From positions 736,001 through 800,000 of the forward strand of contig OZ240241.1 of NCBI GenBank assembly GCA_965198115.1: a stretch of 64,000 nt of DNA, read 5' to 3'. The notes beneath the pieces were generated by a model, which ran no database searches, was not told the DNA's origin, and saw only the letters and a list, made by a program, of their open reading frames with translations. This document shows positions 20,859 through 31,774 of this stretch, piece by piece. How positions within the stretch are numbered: position 1 is the first letter of the stretch; each line of letters opens with the position of its first letter. A program made the position numbers and the translations under genes. This DNA comes from Candidatus Latescibacterota bacterium (GTDB lineage: Bacteria; Latescibacterota; UBA2968).

Positions 20859-21841
20859 GACATCGAACCCTGGGCAGGACGAATCTCGAAGTTTCCGAAA
20901 TCGGGTTTGGCTGCGGGGCCGTAGGCGGGTTGATGATCGAAGGGGATCGACGTGAGATGGTCAAGGCTGTGTCGACAGCGATCGAGGGTGGGATTACGTA
21001 TTTCGACACGGCACGTTCCTACGGCGACGGTCGATCGGAGTCGAACCTGGGGGATGTGTTGAGAGAGCTGGAAGCGGATGTCGTCGTGGGGACAAAGGTT
21101 CGGCTCACTCCGGCCGATATGGATGAGATCGAGGATGCCGTGGTGGCCCAGGTCGAGGAAAGTCTGGGCCGTTTGGGGCGCGAGCAGGTGGATCTGATCT
21201 ATCTGCACAATTCGGTCGTAAATGAAGGCGATCGGGACCGGGCGAGTCTCTCGGTCGACGATGTGGAGATGGCCACACAGGGTCTTCGGCGGGTCGCGGA
21301 CGAGGGTAAAGCGCGTTTCTGGGGAATCAACGGGCTGGGAGATCCGAGCGCGGTGATCGAAGCTGTTGAGCGGACGCGGCCTTTCGTGATCCAGGCGTGC
21401 TACAACCTGTTGAATCCGACCGGCGTCGAGCCGGCGCCGAAGGGTTACCCTTTTCAGGACAATCTGCAACTGATCGGGCGAGCTGCGGCTTCAGGTGCGG
21501 GTGTTGTCGGCATTCGGGCGCTCGCTGCGGGCGCACTGTGCGGGCAGGTCGAACGTCATCCGAACGCCACACCTCAGGTCGGCCCGATTGCGACGGGGTC
21601 GGACTATGTCTCCGATGTTGCGCGGTCTGCCGATTTCGGTTTTCTGGTTACCGAGGGCGTGGTCGAGGATCCGATCGAGGCTGCGATCCGCTATGCGGCC
21701 GATGCACCCGGTCTGACGACGGCTCTCGTGGGATTGTCGTGCGTCGATCACCTGTCTCACGCTTTGAAGAGCGTTGAGAAAGGTCCGCTGCCCGAGGCAG
21801 CCATTCACAGGATTCGCGAAGTTCAGTCGTCTTTCTCATAG
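20855..21841 (+). CDS. Aldo/keto reductase
   Basis: LGRTNLEVSEIGFG, FDTARSYG, TKV, DLIYLHN; GTGA overlap with the MFS stop. Confidence 0.92.
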   Translation: MRHRTLGRTNLEVSEIGFGCGAVGGLMIEGDRREMVKAVSTAIEGGITYFDTARSYGDGRSESNLGDVLRELEADVVVGTKVRLTPADMDEIEDAVVAQVEESLGRLGREQVDLIYLHNSVVNEGDRDRASLSVDDVEMATQGLRRVADEGKARFWGINGLGDPSAVIEAVERTRPFVIQACYNLLNPTGVEPAPKGYPFQDNLQLIGRAAASGAGVVGIRALAAGALCGQVERHPNATPQVGPIATGSDYVSDVARSADFGFLVTEGVVEDPIEAAIRYAADAPGLTTALVGLSCVDHLSHALKSVEKGPLPEAAIHRIREVQSSFS

Positions 21842-21981
21842 CTTCGCTCTGGTGAAAGTGCTGATCGGCGCCAAATCCGATGGACTGTTGACGTCCTTCC
21901 ACCACAGGGCTCCAGGACAAGGTTCGCGACTCCGATTATCGATCTCTTCACTCCGAGTTTCACGGAACATCCCCTCAGAGT

Positions 21982-24019
21982 ATGGCTTCAGACCAACCTC
22001 AGAAGAACGCTTCCAGCTTGACCGTTTCGCCGATGCTCCAGAAGCGGATGATGGCGACGCTGTTCGCTTCGCAGAGCTTGTTCAGCGCATCCACCATTAT
22101 GGGCTTTACGCTGATGCCCATCATCTCCGCTCGACTCGGTGGCCGTGATAGCGCGGCCGGTGTAGCACCGACCGTCGTCATGTTGGGCAGGGCGCTATCC
22201 GCCTACCCGGCGGGTTGGATGATGGATCGATTGGGTCGGCGGCCGGGTCTTTCGCTCGGCTACGTGCTGTCGTGTCTGGGGGCTGTTCTCAGCGTGGTCT
22301 CCATCAGCTGGGAATCGTTCCTCGGGTTTACTGTGGGCGGTCTGCTCGTGGGTATGGACGTGGTGTCATCGAGCAGGCTCGGTTCGTCGCCGCGGAAATC
22401 CACGCGGCCCAGGATCAGGCACGTGCGATTGGCCTGGTGGTGCTGGCCGGGACCGTAGGCGCGGTCGGGGGACCCCTCCTCGTGGAGCCTTCAGGCATCG
22501 TTTCGAGAACGATCGATCTGCCTCCCCAGGCCGGGCCCTACCTGCTTGCCACCCTGTTGTGACGCCTTGCGATAATTCTCCGCCCGGCTTAAGCTATTCG
22601 CAGAATAGGCAGAATCGTTTCAATACGGTTAACAGTGGAGACCGTTCCCTAATGAGTTGAGGGTCACCTAAGATCTGGCGGCCATGCGACATAGTGCCAT
22701 AGGAGTACTTACAAGGCGCAACGGCCAAAAGCGGTTGTCGGACCTACGCCTGATGTCCCTTTCTTTACGCGAACGCGTTTGGCACATTCCGGGGGATCGG
22801 GACGCGAAACGCTCTCGACCTCCGACGGGTCCGCCATCGGCAGCACCGCCAGGGAGACGGCCGATTTTCTACCCCGCTTCGCCATTTTCGGGAAGCAGCT
22901 TCAAAACCACCTTGTCGACAGACGCAAGCTCTTGTTTTTGCACTGGTTTAAGTGTTTCCGACACCTGAAAAGCCCCCCCTTCGTCAACAACGGCCGCGAT
23001 GCGCCCTCCGGAACTAAAATTAGGACGGATTAGCAAAAGAAACCGGTCTCAACCGGTCTCCGGTCGGACGGCCACAGGTTTCCACCCCCCTATGCCCGCT
23101 GGCCTGGCCACGTCTTGAGCCTAATCGGTCGAAACGCGCTATTTTCTCGGTTCGAGAGCCTATTTCTCGGGCGTGTGGGAAAATGAAAAGGGCGGTCTAC
23201 ATCGGAACGCCCAGAGAGTTCATCCCCCCTTATCTCCGGTCGTCAGTTCTTGGTGCGTGAGAATGCGAATAGCGTAATCTGGGAGGGAATCTATCGTAAG
23301 CCGTAACAGCCCTGTTCACGGCCATCGCTCTGATTCTGACTCAACTGCTGCTGAGACCGGACCCTGTCCAAATTGGCAGGCTGGTCTCGGGTGGAACATC
23401 CCTTGCCCGGGAACGGGTCGTGGGGCGCAAGTTGAGGGAGATCTTTTCTGACGGAAACGCCCGATTCGGCGTCGCGGCGATGGTCATCGGGCAGTTCGTG
23501 ATGACGCTGATTATGGTCATCACGCCGTTGCATATGAATCACCACCATCACGGAACCGCTTCCATCTCGGGCGTCATTATGGCGCACACCCTCGGTATGT
23601 ATGGTTTGTCGAGTCTGACTGGCCGTCTCACGCCGAGGTTGGGACCCACGCGTGTTGTCTGGATCGGAGCGGCCATCCTCGCCGTTTCGGCTGTGATGAC
23701 TCCGGTTTCGAACAGCCTGCCCCTATTGGCGGTTGCCCTTTTCCTGCTCGGTTTGGGGTGGAACTTCTGCTTTATCGCGGGCACCGCGATTTTGTCGAAT
23801 GTCCTGGCTGTGGACGAACGTGGCCGGGCACAAGGAGCGAGTGAGGCTGTGATCGCAGTCGCCGCAGGCGGAGGCAGTCTCGGTACGGGCGTCGTCTTTG
23901 CCGGCGGGGGGATCCTGGCCGTCAGCGCGCTCGGTCTGGTGGTCTCCGGGGCGCTGCTCTGCGGAACGAGCTGGTGGTCCAAGCGGTCTGTTGCGGTTCC
24001 TGTGTCTGGGGATGATTGA
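21982..24019 (+). pseudogene. MFS transporter, frameshifted (~22355) and split by a 751-bp element
   Basis: MDRLGRRPG motif A; removing the insert restores LLATLFTAIALIL...RPDP...GRKLRE...AHTLGMY in frame. Confidence 0.88.
22558..23308. mobile_element. Non-autonomous 751-bp element (MITE-like) with TGT...ACA ends
   Basis: 45-bp terminal IRs, 34/45 identical ungapped; flanks ACCCTGT / GCCCTGT; no transposase ORF. Confidence 0.88.
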
Positions 24020-24043
24020 GGCACGAAGCACGTAGGGTACGTG

Positions 24044-24075
24044 AAAAAGCCCCGACTGCGCGACGCAGCGGGGCT
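24044..24075 (-). terminator. Intrinsic terminator between convergent genes
   Basis: AGCCCCG-aCTGCG...CGCAG-CGGGGCT stem, with a U-tract on the minus strand. Confidence 0.7.
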
Positions 24076-24097
24076 CCGTTTGTGTGGGGTGTGGCAC

Positions 24098-24907
24098 TCA
24101 CAGGTCGGTCAGATACGCCATCGACTTTGTCAGCTCGTCGCGCGGGTCCTTCCCTTGAGGGATGCGGCATTCGAAGCCACAGTATTTGTCGTACCCGATG
24201 TCCTCCAGCGCCCTGAGTGCGGGCACGAAGTCCGTGTGTCCGTAACCTGGAAGAATCCGGTTGCTGTCGGCAAGGTGGACGTTCGCGATGTGCTTTCCGC
24301 CGGTCCGGATTGCATCGCCCAGGTCTGCGTCCTCGATGTTCATGTGAAAGAGGTCGGCCATCGTCGTGATGCCCGGACTGCCGACGGCTTCGCAAATGTC
24401 GACCCCGTGCTGTATGGTACAAGGCCACCATTGCTCGTAGCGATTGAGGGGTTCGACAATCAGGCTGGACCCGCACTTTTCCGCGTGGGGCGCGATCTCC
24501 TCTTTGAGGATCGCGGTGAGTAGGTCTTTCTCGAGCTGTTCGGTGGTGACGAGCGGCGAGAGGTCGGGAATCCGGTCACCGTTCCGCATTTTCGTGTCGA
24601 TCAGGGGCGGAAATACGATGCCGACACCGCCCAGCTCTCCGCAAATCGTGAGGACTTCTTTGATGGAAGCGATCGCTGCGGCGCGGCGGTCGGGATTTGC
24701 GTCGAGTATGGCGAGTTCGGGTGAAGAAAGAACGTTGGGGACGATGCCTGTACGCTTGGATGCTTTACCGATTTCCTCGGCGCACTCACGCTTGCTCGAT
24801 GCGGTGATCTCGATACCGGCGAAACCCATCTCGGCCAGGGCGTCGAACTTCTCGGTGAGCGTCCGTCCCGGCGCCATATTCTCCCGGATGGAAAAGTTCA
24901 GATCCAA
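24098..24907 (-). CDS. Sugar phosphate isomerase/epimerase (xylose-isomerase TIM barrel)
   Basis: EPLNRYE, DLFHMNIE, HLADSNR, PGYGHTDF. Confidence 0.92.
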   Translation of the reverse strand: MDLNFSIRENMAPGRTLTEKFDALAEMGFAGIEITASSKRECAEEIGKASKRTGIVPNVLSSPELAILDANPDRRAAAIASIKEVLTICGELGGVGIVFPPLIDTKMRNGDRIPDLSPLVTTEQLEKDLLTAILKEEIAPHAEKCGSSLIVEPLNRYEQWWPCTIQHGVDICEAVGSPGITTMADLFHMNIEDADLGDAIRTGGKHIANVHLADSNRILPGYGHTDFVPALRALEDIGYDKYCGFECRIPQGKDPRDELTKSMAYLTDL

Positions 24908-24922
24908 GCCGTTCCTTCCACG

Positions 24923-26701
24923 CTATTTGATGTAAATATCGGCAGCCGCATCGACACAGGCCTCGAGCGTCCCCTCGTTGAAGGTAGGATGCGGTCCCTC
25001 TTTTTTGGCTCTATCCGGGTTTCTCAACGGTGAAACTATAGAATGACAAGGTCATAGATCGTTCCCTACGCTTGGTTGTGTGTGTAGGACAATCAAAGCG
25101 AAGGGGGTGCGACCTATGACCGGGAGCAGATTACTATCGAAACTGCTGAGATTCAAGGGGTTCCGTGTTGTCAGCTGGTGGTTTGAGGGGAGAAGCTGCT
25201 TCGTCATCGCCGTAAAGCCACATAAGAATGGTTTGTTGTTGTCCGGAGTGCGGCCGTCGAGGTAAAATCGTCCGCACAATGCCCCATCCGCGTCGGTGGC
25301 GTGACATTCCGGTGTGCGGGTGGAGGGTCTGGCTTCTCTACCATCCTCGGGAGATTCGGTGTCCTACCCACGGTCGTGTGGTCGAGGAGATTCCGTGGGC
25401 GGAGCGGTTCTCTCGGGTGACGTATCGCTTCGAGTATGCCATGCTGCGCTACTGCCAGACCATGACGCAGAAGGCGGCGTCCGAGTTGCTGCGCATCTCT
25501 GCCTCGACGCTGTCGGATCTCCTTCACCGATCCATCACGCGGCTTCGTGAAGGTCATCGTATCCGAGGGCTCAAAACCATCGGGATCGACGAGATCTCCT
25601 ACGCCAAGCGTCACAGGTACGCCACGCTCGTTTACGATCTGGACCGCTCCTGCGTGGTGTGGGTTGGCCGCGGCAGGGCGCGTAAAACGATCGATCGGTT
25701 CTTCACAGAGGCTCTCAGTCCCTACCAGAGATCCAAGATCGAGTGGGCCTGCTGCGACATGAGCGAAGCTTACATCGGAGCCATCCAGGAACACTGTCCG
25801 AATGCCAAGCTGGTCCTCGATCGCTTTCACATCGTCAAGGCTCTCAATGCCGCCGTTGACGAGGTCCGTAAGGACCAGTGGCGTAAAGCTGCCCCGGATG
25901 AGCGCAAAGCCATGAAGGGCCTCCGATGGCTCCTCTACCGGCACTCAGCGACACGCTCCAGAGGGGATACTCGGACACTCAAAGCACTGGAGGAGGCGAA
26001 CTACCGAATCTATAGAGCCTGGAGACTCAAGGACGAGTTCGAGCAGTTCTGGGAATACAAAGCGCCCTGGGCTGCCGAACGCTTCCTGAAATGCTGGACG
26101 ACGTCCGCACTCAGAAGTCGACTTGAACCCCTGCGAAAGTTCGTCAGGACCCTGCGACAGCACTTCTTCGGCGTCCTCGCATTCGTGAACACGCGTCTTA
26201 CCAACGCCATCGCCGAAGGCCTCAACCGAATCGTCCAAATCGTCAAGAACCGAGCCAGCGGATTCCGCACACTCGACGCATTCAACGATATGATCTTCCT
26301 TACCGTCGGAGACATAAACATCCCTGAGCAGATTCCGAAGAGGTTCCGCACACTCTAACCGCGCCCCCATGCCAGGAACCACGGCACCTTCACCCACTTC
26401 AGCTCGTTGAGAGATCCGGATATAGCCTTTTTCTTCTGGAGTCGAACTTGTAAATCAGCAGCTTCCACTTGTTGGGACCCAGATACTCCAGGCGTGCCAG
26501 GCGTCCGACGCCCTTGACGTTTCCCATTCCAAAGACGCGACCCACGAGGCCGCTCTTCGCCTCCTTCACAATCTCGACGAACAGCATATTCGCTTTGAAG
26601 TGACCACGAAATCCGCTGATCCCACGACGTCGATACTTTTTTGCGTGATTCTTGAGCGCTGAAATCGCCGTCTGTTGCGCGCCTGGCGATGGCATTTGCA
26701 T
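24923..26701 (-). pseudogene. Small basic hypothetical protein split by ISL3
   Basis: N-part ...LARLEYLGPNKWKLLIYKFDSRR at 26428-26701; plausible tail KEGPHPTFNEGTLEACVDAAADIYIK* at 24923-25006. Confidence 0.6.
25007..26427 (+). mobile_element. ISL3-family element, copy 1 (transposase frameshifted at ~25232)
   Basis: IRs GGCTCTATCCGG / CCGGATATAGCC; CPECG, IGIDE, DRFH, TNAIAEGLN; one extra T relative to copy 2. Confidence 0.96.
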
Positions 26702-26787
26702 GCCGTTTCCCCCCGAAAACGTGCCAGCTCTCTGCGACGAACGAAGATACGTCCGATGCGGACAGCCAGCAACTCAGCGATGTTTTC

Positions 26788-29700
26788 TCAGAATTGCGCG
26801 GCAAATATCAGGAAATCGCTGAAACCAACCGTGTCATCGCCATCGAGGTCGGCCTCCACCAAGTAAAACTCCTGCCCCGCGGAGGAGCCGAAAGCTCCGG
26901 CGAGCAGGAGGAAGTCGGGAAAGCCTACGGTCCCATCTCCGTCGATGTCGGCCGATGGCTCCGATCCCGCGATCCCGGTGGTAGCCAGGGATACGATCAA
27001 CGGTGGGGAAGCGTCGGCAGTGAAGATTGTGAATGTCCCGGTGACGGGGCCTTCCTCCTGGGAACCGAACACGAGGTCGAAGTTCAAAGAGACTCCCGGT
27101 TCGACGATGCCCAGGAGTGGACTCACGGTGAACGGTCCTTCGACCCGAACGCTGTCAACAGTCAGATCGCCCGTGCCGTCGTTCTGCAAGGCGATGGCCA
27201 GGGTTGCGCTCGTCCCCACCGCGACATCACCCCAATCCAGGGATTGTGTGGCCAAGACCGGGAGCGGTTCGAGTTGGACCGGCGCGGGTGCAGTGCCGGA
27301 CAAGTCGATGGTGATCGTCGGCGATTCAGATCGTTCGAGCCAATCGTGAGTGACCCTAGCGTGGTCCCTTCGGCGGTGGGCGAAAACGTGACCGTCAGGG
27401 TCGACGTTGCGCCTGCTGGGATGTCGAGGGTGTTCGGGCTGACTGTGTAAGGACCCGAGTCGATCGTAGCCTGGCTGATGGTGAGGGACTCGCTGCCGTT
27501 GTTTTCGATCGACAGGGTCAGGGAAGATGAGGCGCCGATTTCGGTCAGGCTGAAACTCAGCGACTCGATCGATAGAGCGATTCTGGGCTGACTGGGCAGA
27601 ATCGACACGGGACCAAAGCTGTCGACAAAAGACAGGCCGCCTGACTGATCCGCGAAAATTAAAATGTCATAGTCTCCGGTCCCGAGGGTGCCGGTTGGCG
27701 CAGTGACCGTGAATTGCCCATCCGTTACGTCTGCAATCTGAGAGGCCAGCGGTGTTCCATCAGAACTGTTGAATTGCAGGGCCATCTGACTAACTGAACC
27801 CTCGGTGAAGGTGCCAGAAATCGTCCGTGTTTGACCCAAGAAAAAGTCAGCGGTCAGAGGGGCATCGAGAAGAACTCCACAGAAGATATCCACGGGAAGC
27901 CGGAAGGGCTCGGTTCCATTAGGCTGGATGGTGATAGGTGCGAACGTTCCGCGAAGAGGAAGACCACTGGTTGTGCCTCCAAACACGTTTAGCGTGTAGG
28001 AGCCGGATTGCGATGGGAAGTAAACGAGCCCCTTCCGGAAGGCGCTATCCACGACGTTGAATTGGAACAGGATCTGCGTTCCGCTCTCATCCGTTAGGAC
28101 AACTTGTATGATTTCGATGGATGGATCCGCTACCGTGCCAGAGAAAGTGACTCCCTGCCCAGCCACTATCGCAGTGGGGAATCCGACGTCGAGGGTAAGA
28201 CCATCAAAGAAGTCTGTGGGGAGTGAGAAGGCACCTTCGCCCTCAGTGACAGAGAAGACTGGGAAACTCCCCACGAAGGGCAGAAGCTCCCCTGAAACGC
28301 CCATATAAACACTTAGCACGTACGACCCAATCTGATCAGGCCCAAATAGGATTGAACTTTCGAACTGACCAGATTCTACATCTTCAGTGAAACTAATTGT
28401 ATCGCCTGTAACATCGACAAATTGAAACAGGACCCGGGAAACGTTGTGATCACCTATGACTCCAGAGAGGCGCAGAGGCTGGCCCGAAGACACCGAAGTT
28501 AGGATTTCAGCCTCAAGCAAGATGCCCGGAAAGAAGTCAGGTGGTAAGTCGAGCGCCCCTTCGCCCTGTTCGACAGACACACGGGGAAGCTTGCCCACGA
28601 AAGGAAGGGACTCTCCCTTTAGGGCCCGCAAAGATGTTAAGCTCGTACGTCCCGGAATCGTCGTGGGATGTGAGCAGGATCGCCCTAAAACGCCCATTTT
28701 CGACTGATGATCTGAAGAGTAGTGTGTCCGCACCACTGCTAATCGGATCGAATCGAAACTGGATCTCCGTGTCGTTTGGGTTCGCCAACGTTCCTTCAAC
28801 TACCATCGCCTGGCCAGTGGTCATATCGCCGGAGAGCGGCGCATCGAGTGTGAGCTGAGGGAGATAGTCCGTTGGCAAGACGTTGCTCACCTGGAAGCTT
28901 CGCCCGACGGGAATGGTCACTGCGACAAGATCGGCCTCCAAATCCCCCGTGATCGTGATGTCGTGTGTGCCTCCGTCGGCCGTTAACCGGAAGTAGGCGG
29001 CGGCAGCCGGACGGACCTGATCCGACACGGCGGTCGAGGGCAGGCGATCTGGTGTTCCGCGACGGGTGGCATCACCCGTTCTCCCGTGGTGGGGTCGGTT
29101 AGATGCCGACTCCCGTAGTTCAGGGTAGGGTCGCTGTTGAGGCCGGCTGCTGAGATGAAGTTACGTGTGACGAAAGATTCCAGGAGTTCGTCGAACGTGG
29201 CGCCGGTGGCACTTTCGATGTTCTCGATGCCCGTTCTGTGGGTCTTGACGAGGGCGCCCGGGATCTCATCTCCGTAGAGGTCGATCATCGTCTGGAGTCC
29301 TAGGTAGGCTGCCCCGCGAATGCCCGAACTCGCGAGCGCGTCTCCGTTCAGGCGAAAGGTCTCTGGGGCGGAGAGGAAGCTTTCCAAGCGACTCGGGTTC
29401 CCGCTCTCGACGTGTCCTCCGACCAGGTCCTCGGTAAAATGAGACAGGGCTTCGTTGAGCCAGGATTCCTCTGCGTCGCTGCCACCAAAGATGAAAAAGT
29501 GTTGGTTGAAGTTTACAAGATGCTGGTACTCGTGCGCGAGTAATGCATCATAGGAATTAGGGTCTTCACTTGGGCTAAGTGCATGATTTCATAAATATTA
29601 TTACGTATGTCCTGAACATTATTTGTAGCTTATGTTCTCCTTCAAAAGGAGGAGAACAATGCCAAGACGTTCGCCTTATGTGGTGCTACTGTCTGAGAAG

Positions 29701-31591
29701 GAACGGGTCGACCTCGAGCGAATGGCTGGACAATATACGTTACCGTATTATCAAGTGATCCGATCGAAAATCGTGCTTCTCGCCGCCGAGGGATTATCCA
29801 ACAAGATTATCGCCCAACGGTTGGATGTCCCGCGTCCGATCGTAAGCAAATGGCGTAAGCGCTTTTTCGAAGAGCGTCTTTCGGGACTCGAAGATAGATC
29901 TCGTCCCGGGCGCCCGCCCGGTTTTCCCCCCTCAGGTGGTCGTTCAGATCAAGGCGCTGGCGTGTGAACTACCGAGCGAGAGCGGGATACCGCTCTCGCG
30001 GTCCAGCTGTTCCGAGATTGCCGCCGAGGCAGTGCAAAGGGGCTTCGTTGCCAAGATCAGCGGCGCCACTGTCTGGCGCTGGTTGAACGAGGACGCGATT
30101 CGTCCTTGGTATCATCGCTCCTGGATTTTCCCACGGGACCCGGACTTCCAAACCAAAGCAGGTAGAGTCCTTGATCTGTATCACCGCCAATGGCAAGGAA
30201 AGCCTTTAGGGCCGAGGGAATATGTACTTTCTGCCGACGAAAAGACCAGTATTCAAGCACGAGCTCGCAAGCACGTTACCCTACCGCCAGCCTCGAACAG
30301 AGCGGCACGCGTTGAAACACGAATACGAGCGGAAAGGAGCCCTGGCCTATCTGGCTGCTCTCGACGTGCACAATGGTCGAATCTTCGGTCTCTGTGAGTC
30401 TTCTTCGGGTATCGAGCCCTTCAACCGGCTCCTGAGCCTGATCATGAGCCGGAAACCCTATTGCTCGGCAAAGAAAGTCTACCTCATCGTGGATAATGGC
30501 TCCTCGCACCGAGGGCAAACATGCATCGACCGTATCCAGGGGAAGTGGCCAAACATCCACCCCGTTCACCTTCCGATCCACGCAAGCTGGCTCAATCAGA
30601 TCGAGATCTACTTCTCGATCCTCAAACGCAAGGCTCTGACACCTATCGAATTTGCATCGCTCGAAGAGCTTGAGGCAAGAATCCTCGGTTTTCAGGAACG
30701 CTACGGACGTATCGCCACACCCTTCAAATGGAAGTTCACACGAACAGATCTCGCGGAGATGATCGACAAACTCAGGTTCTACGATACGCCCTTGGCAAAG
30801 TCTGCTTAGAATACGTCACCGTATTTGCGAACAGGAGTACTAAGGTAGATTAGGTCCGCCAGGTTTCCATCTCCACCAATGCTTGCCGTTAGAACTGAAC
30901 CTGATCGGAAGAAGCCACCAAAAGGCCCTGTCTCGTCGACCACCGGCGTAAAGAGGAAAAGTAGCTTCCCGTCACCGTCGACGTCGGAAGGGCCGCCAAA
31001 CGTGTCGTCGACGATGGACTTTGAGGAGTTGCTGAACCGATCGATGATGTCTTGGATGTCCTGTTCTGTCACGCTTTGAGCAGAGTCGGAAGGCGTGTTG
31101 TCGAGGTAGGCGAGTGCGTCGTCGTTTACTGCGACGAGCGTGGCCGTAATCGAACGGTCGGATGTGACGTCGAGGAGCTCGGTGAAGATGAAGCTCCGCG
31201 ACGAGCCGATGGCCGGAATAGTCTGTTTGCGGACGGGGCGTGCATATCGATCCGCGATCGGTATAGTGGCGGCGAACGCCCTCTCTTCCGCTCGGAGCAA
31301 GCGGGCGAGCCGGTCGTGGGGTGTAAGCGGCGCTTCGACGCCTCTTGCCCGAAGGGGGATGACCTTGCTGGATGCCGTGCCGAGGATTTCGTAGTCGTAA
31401 GATCGAGACGTGTCTGCCTCTTCGAAGTTGCGGGCGTAGAGGATGAGCTCATAGTCTGCGCCCGAAAAGTCCAGCGACAACGTAGCCTGGCCTCCGTTGA
31501 GGGGCGTGGTCGACACGTCGCCGATCGTCTGGGCGACCGACGGGCCGGACAGGCTAGCGAACAGGAGTGTGATGAAGAAGAACGGGTGTAT
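26788..31591 (-). pseudogene. Large secreted HExxH zinc metalloprotease with four tandem Ig-like repeats, two ASH/choice-of-anchor-like domains and a dockerin/EF-hand tail; split by IS630 with three frameshifts
   Basis: Signal peptide FFFITLLFASLSGPSVA|Q; DVDGDGK; LAHEYQHL and WLNEALSH just past the IS; DIDGDGTVGFPDFL / DLDGDDTVGFSDFL tail. Confidence 0.82.
29579..30840 (+). mobile_element. IS630-family element, copy 2 (extra A at ~30316)
   Basis: Near-identical to copy 1; flanked by TAA/TAA; host frame IYLS|PSEDP is restored with a 3-bp duplication. Confidence 0.96.
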
Positions 31592-31620
31592 TGAGCACTC
31601 CCAAAGGTGTGAATCGAACA

Positions 31621-31665
31621 TAAAAGGCCACCAGAACTCCGCTCTGCCAAGCGTCGCTGATGGCC
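31621..31665 (-). terminator. Terminator-like hairpin in the protease 5' leader
   Basis: GGCCATCAG...CTGGTGGCC followed by TTTTATGTT on the minus strand. Confidence 0.55.
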
Positions 31666-31719
31666 CTGTCACGTCGTGTGGTTCGTCGGGGGGCGAACCG
31701 CTCACGTCGTGCACGGTGG

Positions 31720-31748
31720 AATATAGGATGACGGCCACGGAGGCGCAA
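31720..31748 (-). promoter_or_regulatory. Putative sigma70 promoter
   Basis: TTGCGC-N17-TATATT. Confidence 0.55.
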
Positions 31749-31774
31749 GAAACTAGCCTCTGCGGCGGGATGGT

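Noticed and set aside
22684-23033. Short ORFs inside the 751-bp element as cargo genes
   Set aside because: No RBS or recognisable motif, and the frames overlap
23035-23170. Mini CRISPR or CAST homing array inside the 751-bp element
   Set aside because: Repeats are only 10-12 bp with no regular spacers, and no cas or tns genes are present
11023-30840. Inversion between the oppositely oriented IS630 copies
   Set aside because: Each copy is flanked by both halves of its own host gene
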